DNA of 64,000 nt, from positions 3,904,001 through 3,968,000 of the forward strand of contig OZ241889.1 in NCBI GenBank assembly GCA_965203355.1, read 5' to 3'. Positions 45,445 to 55,193 of the stretch are shown in pieces. The position numbers and the translations under genes were made by a program. This DNA comes from Candidatus Latescibacterota bacterium. GTDB lineage: Bacteria; Latescibacterota; UBA2968; UBA8231. Position 1 is the first letter of the stretch, and every line of letters begins with the position of its first letter. The notes beneath the pieces are model-generated. The model did not search any database and was not told where the DNA came from. It was given only the letters and a program-made list of their open reading frames with translations.

Positions 45445-47391
45445 TTAACTATTGGCAGGATCATCCACGCACAGAACTTCCAAAACGCCGTCGATGCGCT
45501 CGATTCGGTCCATGATCTGGCGCAGTTGCTGGTTGTCAACGACGTCGATCCAGAAGTTCATTACGGCGATGTGATCCTCGATGCGGGTAGTGGAGTCGCG
45601 GATGTTGAAGCCAGTTTCGCCGATCATCGTCGCGATGTCCCCCAGCAAGTTCTTGCGGTCCCAACTACGGATGCTTAACTGCACAGGAAAGGTCGGTTTG
45701 GGCTGGTCTATTCGGCTGATAACCTTGCCGATTGACAGGTGCCCTTTGCCGAGGGCCACGTAGAGCTGCTCGGTGCCCCTGAGCCCGAACTTCTGAGCCA
45801 CGGCATTGAGGTCGGGTAGGTCGGCGGTCCGTAGTCCTCTGTGGAGCACCTTCTTGCCCGAGCGGACGATGTCGTCGTATTCCTTCTTCCGTAGCCAGTG
45901 GCGGATGGCTTCAAGGGCCTTATCGGTCTTGGCTTGGTCCAGCCAAGAGAGTTGGGGGGTTTGCTGGGGGTCAGTAACGATGTCCACGGCTTCGCCGCTG
46001 TTCAAAGTCGCACCTAACGGTGTATCTCGACCGTTTACTTTGGCCTTCACACAGTGTATCCCGATGTCGGTGTGGACGGCAAAGGCTAAGTCGAGCGGCG
46101 TGGAGCCCTTGGGCAACTCGTATATGTAGCCTTTAGGAGTGATGACTAATATCTGGTCGAGAGACGCGATCCTGGTACTCACATTTTCCAAGAATTCGGG
46201 CAGGTCCTTAGCGTCGGCGGCTTGGCGTATCCAACTCGCGTGTTGGTCGAAATCGCTGGACCCCGCGTCGTTGGATTTGTAGCGCCAGTGGGCAGCAATG
46301 CCGATTTCAGCCGTTTGGTGCATCTCCTTGGTGCGGATTTGTACTTCGACATATTGGCCTTGAGGGCCAACCACCGACGTGTGTAGCGACTGGTAGCCGT
46401 TGCCCTTGGGTGTCAGTATATAGTTTTTGGTGTTAATAGCTTTGTAAATGTCGTGGATCGAATTGAGGATGGCATAGCATTGGTTCCTTGTGCCGGTGAT
46501 GATGCGTATGGCCAGCAGGTCGTAGATTTCTTCAAAGGGCTTACCGCGCTTCTTCATCTTATTGTAAATGCTATAGAAGTTCTTAGGACGGCTCGTAAAT
46601 TCGGCTTTAATGCCCTCTTCGTTCAGGTGCTTCTCGATTGGCACTTTGAACTTTTCTAGATAGGCTTCGCGCTCTTCGAGCGTCATGGCCACCTTGTCGC
46701 GCAACTCTTGGTAAATTTTGGGTTCGAGAAATTTGAGGCTTTGGTCTTCGAGTTGCCAGCGGAGCAGCGCCATCCCAAAGAGGTTAGCCAGCGGTGCGTA
46801 CAGGTCGAGCGTTTCCCGTGCCTTGCGCTCGCGGGATTGGGGGGGTAAGTGTTGGAGCGTACGCATGTTATGTAGGCGGTCGGCTAGCTTGATGGGAATG
46901 ACGCGGCCGTCCTTGGCCGCGGAGAGTAGCATCTTGACATAAGTCTCAAGTTGGCTCACCTGGGGGTTTTTGTCGGTTATCTGATCGATTTTGGTGACCC
47001 CGGCGATCAGTTCGGCGATCTCTTCGCCAAATTGTTTGGCAACCTCCTCATGCGTAGCCGGCGTATCCTCAACGACATCGTGCAACAGTCCGGCTGCAAC
47101 TGTAGTATCATCCAAGCCCAGTTGGACGAGCAGCCGAGCCACTTCGACGCAATGGATGAGGAACGGGGCGCCGGACTTGCGGGTTTGGCCTTTGTGATGC
47201 TCTTTGGCGAAGTAATAGGCGCGTTTGATCAGGGTGAACGGTTCGGAACCGGCTTTGGAGTTGGAGGAGTAGAACTCAATTAGCAGATCGGCCAGCGGCT
47301 CTTCGTTGCCTGCCAGCTCGACAATACAGTCCAACACGCCCCCCGAGGAGGTTTCAGATAAAGCCGAAAGATGTGTAGGAGTTTCAGTCAT
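45445..47391 (-). CDS. RelA/SpoT homologue (HD hydrolase, synthetase, TGS, ACT; no zinc-finger domain)
   Basis: LLHDVVED, IKLADRLHNMRTL, NGYQSLHT, EVQIRT, AAHWRYK and TPLDLAFAVHT motifs; C-terminal ACT domain. Confidence 0.9.
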   Translation of the reverse strand: MTETPTHLSALSETSSGGVLDCIVELAGNEEPLADLLIEFYSSNSKAGSEPFTLIKRAYYFAKEHHKGQTRKSGAPFLIHCVEVARLLVQLGLDDTTVAAGLLHDVVEDTPATHEEVAKQFGEEIAELIAGVTKIDQITDKNPQVSQLETYVKMLLSAAKDGRVIPIKLADRLHNMRTLQHLPPQSRERKARETLDLYAPLANLFGMALLRWQLEDQSLKFLEPKIYQELRDKVAMTLEEREAYLEKFKVPIEKHLNEEGIKAEFTSRPKNFYSIYNKMKKRGKPFEEIYDLLAIRIITGTRNQCYAILNSIHDIYKAINTKNYILTPKGNGYQSLHTSVVGPQGQYVEVQIRTKEMHQTAEIGIAAHWRYKSNDAGSSDFDQHASWIRQAADAKDLPEFLENVSTRIASLDQILVITPKGYIYELPKGSTPLDLAFAVHTDIGIHCVKAKVNGRDTPLGATLNSGEAVDIVTDPQQTPQLSWLDQAKTDKALEAIRHWLRKKEYDDIVRSGKKVLHRGLRTADLPDLNAVAQKFGLRGTEQLYVALGKGHLSIGKVISRIDQPKPTFPVQLSIRSWDRKNLLGDIATMIGETGFNIRDSTTRIEDHIAVMNFWIDVVDNQQLRQIMDRIERIDGVLEVLCVDDPANS

Positions 47392-47515
47392 GGAATTCTT
47401 TTTTCGTTCGCGTCTGTTAATATTGAATAAGTATTACAAAAAAACAAATATATACAAGCAGAAGTTTCACGCTCGTTTGTACGCACGGTAGAAGTCAAAC
47501 TAAAATGGGAAGAGA

Positions 47516-47902
47516 ATGTGGCTAAATACCGAAAATGCACCCGTGCTGACGCAAGCGGATAAAATTCTCGCGCTCGTCGTGGGCTTGAGTGCGATCGGGC
47601 TGATACTCTACGGCCGCTATACCGCCGAGGCTGGTGGCGTACTAAGCGTCGAGTTGGCTGGAGCCGCGCCCGCCACGCATGTCCTCTCAGATTACGGGGT
47701 CTTGCCCGTTGTAGGACCTTTGGGCGTGAGCCAGATCGAGATCGGCCCCAAAGGGGTGCGCGTACTTTCCGCACCTTGCGTCCACAAGCTCTGCATGCGG
47801 CGGGGCTGGATGCAGCGGGCCGGCGACGTGGCCGCGTGCGTACCTAATGGCCTAGTATTGAGGATCGCTGGGGCCGCGCCCATAGACGCGATGATTCACT
47901 GA
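47516..47902 (+). CDS. NusG domain II / DUF1312 membrane-anchored protein (EetA-like)
   Basis: N-terminal TM helix; GPLG...IEI and C..KLC...GW......ACVPN motif. Confidence 0.8.
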   Translation: MWLNTENAPVLTQADKILALVVGLSAIGLILYGRYTAEAGGVLSVELAGAAPATHVLSDYGVLPVVGPLGVSQIEIGPKGVRVLSAPCVHKLCMRRGWMQRAGDVAACVPNGLVLRIAGAAPIDAMIH

Positions 47903-48426
47903 TGTTTGCCCGCCCTAGAGACGTGGCTCGTTTGGGGCTTATGGCCAGTGCGGCAATTGTGCTCTTCGCCTTTGAATCGCTGGTACCCAAACCCTTGCCT
48001 TGGATGAAGCTGGGACTCGGCAACTTGCCGGTTTTGGTCGCGTTAGTGAGCTTTGGTGGCGGTCCAGCATTGGCCGTTAGTGCCATCAAGCTGGTAGTTG
48101 GCGGCTTGCTCAGCGGGGGATTTGCCGGTCCAGCCTTTGTCATTGGCGGCGGGGCTGGCTTGGCGAGTTGGTTGGTCATGGTTGCGGTGCGCCGCATGGG
48201 AGCAGGGCTTTTCAGCGTCGTGGGTCTGAGCATCTGGGGAGCGCTGGCGCACCAACTCAGCCAGCTCGTTCTCGCCGCTGGCTACATCGGCCACAGCGGT
48301 CTGTTCGCGCTTTTGCCGCTGGCCTTGTTCAGTGCCCTAATAAGCGGCGGGACGATCGGCCTGCTGGCTTGGTGGACCTTGGAGCAACTGGAGAAAATAG
48401 GCTGGTTGGACCAAGGCCAGTTATAA
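47902..48426 (+). CDS. Gx transporter / heptaprenyl-diphosphate synthase component I family membrane protein (EetB-like)
   Basis: FESLVP.P.P..KLGLGN, FS.VGLSI.GA..H...Q and G..IG motifs; TGATG coupling with the upstream gene. Confidence 0.8.
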   Translation: MFARPRDVARLGLMASAAIVLFAFESLVPKPLPWMKLGLGNLPVLVALVSFGGGPALAVSAIKLVVGGLLSGGFAGPAFVIGGGAGLASWLVMVAVRRMGAGLFSVVGLSIWGALAHQLSQLVLAAGYIGHSGLFALLPLALFSALISGGTIGLLAWWTLEQLEKIGWLDQGQL

Positions 48427-48455
48427 ATGTAATGTATAGACTTTAGATCGCTTCA

Positions 48456-50411
48456 ATGGACCTGCCCAAAAAGCCTACCTTGCAAACCGAACCGGTCTTC
48501 AGCACCAAAGCACTGGTCGCGGGCACCCTAGGGTCGCTGTGCATCGCCGTGGGAGCACCCTACGGCAACATGGTCATCCGCGGCTCCTACATGTCGATTG
48601 ATTTCAGCGCCGCGGGTGCCCTTTTCCTCTTCTTCTTGTTGACGGGCTTATTCAACGCCTTGTTGACGCGCTTTGCCGCTTCTGTGGCCCTCGGACGCTG
48701 CGAACTAATCGTCGCGTACATCATGATGCTCACGGCTTCGGCCATCCCGACGATGGGCCTCAGCGAATACTGGCTGACGATCATCACCGGTGCCCAGTAC
48801 TATGCCACCCCGGAAAACGAATGGGCCTTGCTCATCCTGCCGCACCTTCCCACGTGGATCGCACCGCAGGATCCCGAGGCGATCAAGTGGTTTTACGAAG
48901 GAGCACCTCGCACCACTGGGGTACCTTGGGCCGCTTGGAGCGGCCCGCTGTGCTATTGGACCATTCTGATCGTAGCCCTGTACTTGGTGATGATCTCGTC
49001 CATGGTCATTATGCGCCGCCAGTGGGTGGAGCGAGAGCGGCTGGTTTATCCGCTGGTGCAAGTGCCCTTGGCCATGGTCGAAAGCGGAGGCCGCGGACAG
49101 GCCCTAGGTCCTTTCTTCAAAAATCCAATCATGTGGGTCGGCTTTGCCCTGCCCGTGTTCGTCAGTAGTCTCAACGCCCTACACTCGTATTTCAACTTCA
49201 TCCCCGCCATCCAACTCGTCTCCTCGGTTCCGATCCTGCGCAACACCGTCAGCCTGATCTTCCGCCTGAGCTTTCCCATGATCGGGTTCGCCTATCTGAT
49301 CAACCTCGACATCGCCTTCAGCCTGTGGTTCTTCAACACCATCGCCAAGTTGATCCGAGGAGGGCTGGGAGTTTTAGGGATTGGCAGCACTGAAAAACTC
49401 GTTTACGGCGCTCCCAGCGAGCCAATTCTCGCCCACCAAGGGCAGGGCGCGATGATCGTCTTAGTGCTTTTCGGCCTGTGGGTCGGCCGCGAGCATCTGC
49501 GCGACGTACTGCGCAAAGCATTCCGAGGCGACGACCACATCGACGACAGCGGCGAGATGCTCTCCTATCGGACGGCGGTCTTAGCTTGGCTCTCCGGCGT
49601 CGCAGTCATGACCATCTGGCTGTGGCAGTCTGGCTTGCCGCTGTGGGCGGCCTTTTTGACCCTGATGTTGGCCATCCTTATCTTCGTCGGCTTGACCCGA
49701 GTGGTAGTGGAAGGAGGTGTGGCCGCGGCGGTCGGACCGATGATTTCTCCAACGGTCTTGGTTTCGGCCGTCGGAGTTTCGGCAATCGGCCCGACCGGCA
49801 TGGTCGGCCTCGCATATACCTTCGTGTGGGCGGCGGACATCCGCACCTTTGTCATGGCCTCCTGTGCGCACGGTCTCAAGTTGAGCGAGGGACTAGGCCC
49901 GCGGCTACGTCCGCTCTTTTGGTACATGCTGTTGGCCATTGTCGTTAGCATCGTCGGCTCGGTCGCAGCGATTTTGTACCTCGCCTACGAATACGGCGGC
50001 ATCAACCTCAACGCGTGGTTTTTTGGAGGTGGAACTCGTGCCCCTTTTGATTATATTACCACCAAGTTAAGCGCACCTACCGAGCCAAACATAGATGGTT
50101 GGATTCACACTTTTGTCGGCGGGGGCATCATGGCCCTGCTCATGTGGGCGCGCCAGCAGTTCTTGTGGTGGCCCCTGCATCCCATCGGCTATCCCATTGG
50201 TGCCGTATGGCTGATGGACCAGTTGTGGTTTAGCATTGCCATCGCTTGGCTCTTAAAGTTGTTGGCAATGAAATACGGTGGGCCCAGCCTTTTTCGCCGG
50301 GTACGTCCCTTTTTTCTAGGCTTGATCATAGGCCAGTTTTTCATCGCGGGACTCTGGTTGATTATCGACTTTTTTACGGGCATGACCGACAATGTGGTCT
50401 TCTGGATCTGA
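48456..50411 (+). CDS. DUF6785/DUF6784-type OPT-like polytopic membrane protein
   Basis: Many TM segments; RRQWVERERLVYPL, TRVVVEGG, WWPLHPIGY and YGG...FRR.RPFFLGLIIG motifs. Confidence 0.75.
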   Translation: MDLPKKPTLQTEPVFSTKALVAGTLGSLCIAVGAPYGNMVIRGSYMSIDFSAAGALFLFFLLTGLFNALLTRFAASVALGRCELIVAYIMMLTASAIPTMGLSEYWLTIITGAQYYATPENEWALLILPHLPTWIAPQDPEAIKWFYEGAPRTTGVPWAAWSGPLCYWTILIVALYLVMISSMVIMRRQWVERERLVYPLVQVPLAMVESGGRGQALGPFFKNPIMWVGFALPVFVSSLNALHSYFNFIPAIQLVSSVPILRNTVSLIFRLSFPMIGFAYLINLDIAFSLWFFNTIAKLIRGGLGVLGIGSTEKLVYGAPSEPILAHQGQGAMIVLVLFGLWVGREHLRDVLRKAFRGDDHIDDSGEMLSYRTAVLAWLSGVAVMTIWLWQSGLPLWAAFLTLMLAILIFVGLTRVVVEGGVAAAVGPMISPTVLVSAVGVSAIGPTGMVGLAYTFVWAADIRTFVMASCAHGLKLSEGLGPRLRPLFWYMLLAIVVSIVGSVAAILYLAYEYGGINLNAWFFGGGTRAPFDYITTKLSAPTEPNIDGWIHTFVGGGIMALLMWARQQFLWWPLHPIGYPIGAVWLMDQLWFSIAIAWLLKLLAMKYGGPSLFRRVRPFFLGLIIGQFFIAGLWLIIDFFTGMTDNVVFWI

Positions 50412-50428
50412 GAAAGGCACCTACAATT

Positions 50429-53400
50429 ATGCCTAAGTTCGCGATACAGTGGATGGCCTTCGGCTGGATTTTAGTCGGCGCAGCACCGGCTTGGACCGAA
50501 GTCGATTTTGCTGAATTGGCGCACGCGGCCCCGGTCGAGCGCGTCCGGCAGACAATGGACACTTTTGCCGGCTTGGGGTCTAGAGTCGCCGGCTATCGAG
50601 GTGCCGACCAAGCAGCCCAGATCGTGCAGGAACGCTTCCGCGCCATCGGCCTCGCCGACGTTACAGTCCACGAATACGATGTCTCTATTCCGGTCGATAA
50701 GGGCGGATTTCTGCAAGTAGTTGGCAGCGACGAACAAGTGCCCATCCACGGCCTGTGGCCCAACCTCGTCAAAACCTCGACGCTGCCCGAAGGCGGGGTG
50801 ACCAAGCGCTTGATTGACGCGGGCGCGGGTGAGTACGCAGACATGGACGGCAAGCAAGTCGAGGGGGCCGTGGCCCTGATGGACTTCAACTCGGGCGACG
50901 CTTGGCTCAATGCTGCTTATCTCGGGGCGCAAGCTATCATCTTTATCGAGCCGGACTCCACTGTGTACTTGGAGGGCGAAAAGAAATTTCTCTCCATGCC
51001 GCTCGACCTGCCGAGGTTTTGGGTCAATCGCCAAGTCGGTCAGCGCTTGCGTCGCCAGTTGGCAACCGAGGGAGAGCAAACGCTCCATCTACAGTACCGC
51101 ATGGATTGGGAGCGGCGTCCTGCTTGGAATATCCTCGGCACGATCCCCGGATACGATCCTTTGCTAAAAGAAGACGTGATCGTGCTAGAGGCGTACTACG
51201 ACGCCATGTCCGTTGTTCCGGCCCTTGCCCCAGGGGCCGAGCAAGCCTCCGGCATTACTGCGCTGTTGGAACTGGCGCGCTATTTCCGCGAAAATCCACC
51301 GGCGCGCACGGTCGTATTCCTCGCCACCTCGGCCCACCACCTAGGCTTGCGCGGGGTTGATGACTTCATCCAGCGCTATTTGCGCAAAGAGGACCCGTTC
51401 ATCGAGCACATGCTAGTGAGGCGGGTCGTCGATGCTGCTCTCGCGCGGAACATGATCGCCCAAGACGGCATCCACTACGCCATCGGCGAGGAGCAGTTCA
51501 CCGGTAAGGAAGCCCTGGTGCGGGGCGTTGCCGAAGGGCGCACCGACTTGGCCGAGCGCGTTGCCGACGCGGCCTTCGCCGAAGGCCTACTGAGCCAAGA
51601 AGGAGGCGCACTACACCTCGCCGACGAGCAATTCAAAGATCACCGCGCGCTAGTGGACGAACTGCGCTCGGACGACGACTTGCGACTCGAGCTCTTCAAA
51701 ACTTGGGTCGATCCCAAAGTCGATTCGCTCGCGGTCAAGCTCTTTATCAGCCTCGACCTTTCGTCGCAGACCGACGAACTCGGAGTGTGGAATAGCAATA
51801 CCAGCTTTTACTACAAGCGATACTTCGCGCCCTTCGGCAAGAACTTCATGGCCTATGCGCGCAAGATCAGCCGCGCGTTGGATTACCAGCGACGCGATGT
51901 ACTGGTCAATGGCATTAGTCCCGAAGGCGGGATGAGCTGGCAGACCTTTGTACCGGGTGAAATATCGGTCAACAGCGAATTGGTGTTGGCGACCGGTACG
52001 CCGGCATTGGCTTTTGTCACGGTCAACGACGCGCGCTTTCTCGTCGATACGCCCTTAGACCGGGCCGAGCACGTCAACTACGCCAATCTCGCCAAACAGA
52101 TCCGGGTGCTCGCTGGCATGTTCGAGATGGCCTTTGAAGACCCAGAGCTTTTCCCGGACTTCAAGATGCGCTTGCGCGACACGCTGCGCTCGCTGCGCGG
52201 CCGGACCATGGTTTTTCCGCGCCGCAGCATCATCCCCGACCTGCCGCGTACAGACGCCGTAGCCGTGGTGCGCAACGGCAAGAAAAAGTCGTATAAAGGC
52301 GTGCGCGGCGAGTACTACGAAGTCGTCGATGACAAAGGAGCCTTCTACGTAAATCGGGTGCGGGTCAACAACGTGCAGATCGAGGGCTACTACATGGACC
52401 CGATCACCGGCCGCATCACCTACGCCCCCGACCGCGGCGTGCAAGGCGACGAAAGCTACCCCATGCGGGTCGCCATGGACTGGCGCGACAAGCAATGGAT
52501 GGTCATCCTCTTCCCCTGCGTGCCCTACAATTTCTTCGACATCGTCGATCCGCGCTATTTGACCAAGCTGTCCAACGTGCAGGTCTTCGACGAGACCAAC
52601 AGCGCACCCGTGGAGTACGGTTATACCATCGGCGAAGGCCCCTCGGCCCAAAACGAGCCGGTCGGGGTGCTCTTTGCGCGGCCCGGTTCGCACATCAAGA
52701 TGGGGTTCGGGGCTGGCCTGCTGGGATTCCGCTCGCTCCTGCTCAACGCCACCAGCGTAACCGACAAGGAAAAAGCCGAGGGCGAGGGTTTTGAGATTCG
52801 CCCCGGCACTTCCTTTGCCCGCACGACCTTTCAAGCCGCCCAAGACATGTGGAATCTCAACGAGTCGCGCATGCGCGAGTTGCGGAGCTTTGCCATTGAA
52901 AACCAGCGCCTCAACGACCTCCACTACCGAGCCGAAGCCGAGTTAGCCCAAGCCGCCGAGGCCGAGGCCGAGCAGCGCTGGGGCGATTTCGTGCGCCACA
53001 CGCGCGCGGCCTTCGGGCTGGAGTCGCGTGCCTACCCAGACGTCAAATCCACTCAAAACGACGTCGTTCAGGGCATTATCTTCTTCATGGCCCTTGTCAT
53101 TCCCTGCGCCTTTTTCACCGAGCGGCTCATTTTTACGGCCGCCACGATCCGCAATCAAATCATCGGCTTTTCCGGGGTTTTCCTAGCGATCTGGATCGTG
53201 TTGTGGCTGGTGCATCCGGCCTTTCAACTATCCAATCCCTTCGTCATCCTGCTTGCTTTCATCATCATCGCCTTGGCCCTGCTGGTGATGTCGATCATCT
53301 CCGGCCGTTTCAACGAACAGATGAAGAAGCTGCGCACCGAGGTAGCCGTGATCCACGACACGGACGTCAGCCGCTCTTCGGCCTCGCTGACGGCCTTCCA

Positions 53401-55180
53401 GCTTGGGATTTCCAACATGAAGCGGCGCAAGACGCGCACGATGCTCACCTTTACCACGCTCTTGCTGCTGACGTTTACGGTGCTCTCTTTCACCTCCATC
53501 CGCACGGGCTTGCGGTTCAACCAAATCAGCCGCGACAACGAGGGTCTCTACGAGGGCATCCTCATCCGCAGTAAGGCGTGGAATCCCATGGAGGATTCGG
53601 TCCTCGAATACGCCCGCAGCAATTTCGGCGATCGCGCCGCAATCGCGCCGCGCAGTTGGTACAGCAACAAAGCCAAAGCACACATCAAAATAAAGCACGG
53701 GGAAAAGGCCCATAACGCGCTCGGCGTCCTAGGTTTAGCGCCCGAGGAAACTCAGGTCACTCGGCTCAACCAAGCCCTAGTTGCCGGGCGCTGGTTTGAA
53801 CCGGGCGAAGACAAGGTCTGCATCCTGCCCATCGACATGGTTAAAGAAGCTCATCTCGATGTCGATTTGGCCGACATTGGCCAAGCGCAAGTAAGGGTCT
53901 TCGGCAACTTGTTCACGGTGGTCGGCGTCATCGACTCTAAGCGCATGAAGGACCTCAAAGACCTCGACGACGAGATCCTAACACCGGCCGACTTCGCCGT
54001 CACCGGTGGCCAAGCGGTGCAGGAAATAGCCGAGGAAGAACAGCGCGAAAAGCAAGGGCTGGAGGACGCTAAGGTCGTCGTCAAGCCCTTCGTCCACATA
54101 GAGCCAGCCAACACCCTGATTATTCCCTACCATACGCTGCGCAACATCGGCAGTGGTAATCCCTTGCAGTCGGTAGCCGTGCGCTTCCCGGAAAGCAGTG
54201 ATGTACGCGGCGAGGTTGAGGAGTTCCTCTCGCGCCTCGCCGTGACGCTGTTCGCCGGCGTCAAGGAGGCTGGCGACGAATACATCAAGGTGTCGATCTA
54301 CTCGTCGCTGGGCATGACCTCCTTTTCCGGGATGAGCAACTTGTTCATCCCCATGCTGATTGCCTCGCTTATCGTACTCAACACCATGATGGGCAGCGTG
54401 TACGAGCGCTTCCGCGAGATCGGTATTTACTCTTCGGTCGGCCTAGCCCCGGGCCATATCTCTTGGCTCTTTATCGCCGAGAGTTGCGTCTATTCGGTGC
54501 TGGGCGTAGTCGCCGGTTATCTCAGCGGCCAAGTAATCGCCAAAGTGCTCATCGAATCGGACCTTTTGGGCGGCTTCACGCTCAACTACTCCTCGGTCGC
54601 CGCGGTGCTTTCCTGTATGCTGGTGATGGCCGTGGTCATGCTCTCGACGATTTATCCAGCGCGCAAGGCTTCGCAGATGGCCGTGCCAGACGTGACCCGC
54701 AAGTGGAAATTGCCAACGCCCGACGGCGACCAGTGGGATTTCGAGTTCCCCTTTACAGTCAGCGGCCACGAGGTCTTGGGCTTGAGCGTGTTCCTCATCG
54801 GCTACTTCGACTCCTACAGCGAAGAGTCCATCGGCACCTTCTATACCGACGGTGCCCAGCTAAGCCGCGAAGGAACGCCCAACGGCGAAGGATACATTAT
54901 CGACATGAATATCTGGCTGGCCCCTTTCGACTTGGGCGTCAGCCAACACGTCACCGTGCGGGCCATGCCAGAGGCCGAGCACAATATTTACGCGGTCAGC
55001 CTACAAATCAAGCGACTCAGCGGCGAGGACGCCTCGTGGCGGCGGGTCAACCAGCGCTTCATGAACGTCATCCGCAAACAGTTCCTCATCTGGCGCACGG
55101 TGGATACCGAGGCCAAGGAAGGCTATCGCCAACAGGGCGCGGAAATTCTGCAAGGGCTGCGCAGCGAAGTGTCGGCGTAA
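50429..55180 (+). CDS. 1583-aa secreted/membrane fusion: M28 peptidase-like and PA domains, TM helices, MacB/FtsX-like permease
   Basis: Signal peptide; SRVAGY.GA..AA, NILGTIPG, LEAYYD and SGITALLELARYF (M28 fold); SNMKRRKTRTMLT and NTMMGSVYERFREIGI...IYPARKAS (FtsX). Confidence 0.8.
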   Translation: MPKFAIQWMAFGWILVGAAPAWTEVDFAELAHAAPVERVRQTMDTFAGLGSRVAGYRGADQAAQIVQERFRAIGLADVTVHEYDVSIPVDKGGFLQVVGSDEQVPIHGLWPNLVKTSTLPEGGVTKRLIDAGAGEYADMDGKQVEGAVALMDFNSGDAWLNAAYLGAQAIIFIEPDSTVYLEGEKKFLSMPLDLPRFWVNRQVGQRLRRQLATEGEQTLHLQYRMDWERRPAWNILGTIPGYDPLLKEDVIVLEAYYDAMSVVPALAPGAEQASGITALLELARYFRENPPARTVVFLATSAHHLGLRGVDDFIQRYLRKEDPFIEHMLVRRVVDAALARNMIAQDGIHYAIGEEQFTGKEALVRGVAEGRTDLAERVADAAFAEGLLSQEGGALHLADEQFKDHRALVDELRSDDDLRLELFKTWVDPKVDSLAVKLFISLDLSSQTDELGVWNSNTSFYYKRYFAPFGKNFMAYARKISRALDYQRRDVLVNGISPEGGMSWQTFVPGEISVNSELVLATGTPALAFVTVNDARFLVDTPLDRAEHVNYANLAKQIRVLAGMFEMAFEDPELFPDFKMRLRDTLRSLRGRTMVFPRRSIIPDLPRTDAVAVVRNGKKKSYKGVRGEYYEVVDDKGAFYVNRVRVNNVQIEGYYMDPITGRITYAPDRGVQGDESYPMRVAMDWRDKQWMVILFPCVPYNFFDIVDPRYLTKLSNVQVFDETNSAPVEYGYTIGEGPSAQNEPVGVLFARPGSHIKMGFGAGLLGFRSLLLNATSVTDKEKAEGEGFEIRPGTSFARTTFQAAQDMWNLNESRMRELRSFAIENQRLNDLHYRAEAELAQAAEAEAEQRWGDFVRHTRAAFGLESRAYPDVKSTQNDVVQGIIFFMALVIPCAFFTERLIFTAATIRNQIIGFSGVFLAIWIVLWLVHPAFQLSNPFVILLAFIIIALALLVMSIISGRFNEQMKKLRTEVAVIHDTDVSRSSASLTAFQLGISNMKRRKTRTMLTFTTLLLLTFTVLSFTSIRTGLRFNQISRDNEGLYEGILIRSKAWNPMEDSVLEYARSNFGDRAAIAPRSWYSNKAKAHIKIKHGEKAHNALGVLGLAPEETQVTRLNQALVAGRWFEPGEDKVCILPIDMVKEAHLDVDLADIGQAQVRVFGNLFTVVGVIDSKRMKDLKDLDDEILTPADFAVTGGQAVQEIAEEEQREKQGLEDAKVVVKPFVHIEPANTLIIPYHTLRNIGSGNPLQSVAVRFPESSDVRGEVEEFLSRLAVTLFAGVKEAGDEYIKVSIYSSLGMTSFSGMSNLFIPMLIASLIVLNTMMGSVYERFREIGIYSSVGLAPGHISWLFIAESCVYSVLGVVAGYLSGQVIAKVLIESDLLGGFTLNYSSVAAVLSCMLVMAVVMLSTIYPARKASQMAVPDVTRKWKLPTPDGDQWDFEFPFTVSGHEVLGLSVFLIGYFDSYSEESIGTFYTDGAQLSREGTPNGEGYIIDMNIWLAPFDLGVSQHVTVRAMPEAEHNIYAVSLQIKRLSGEDASWRRVNQRFMNVIRKQFLIWRTVDTEAKEGYRQQGAEILQGLRSEVSA

Positions 55181-55193
55181 GGGAGGATAGCGA

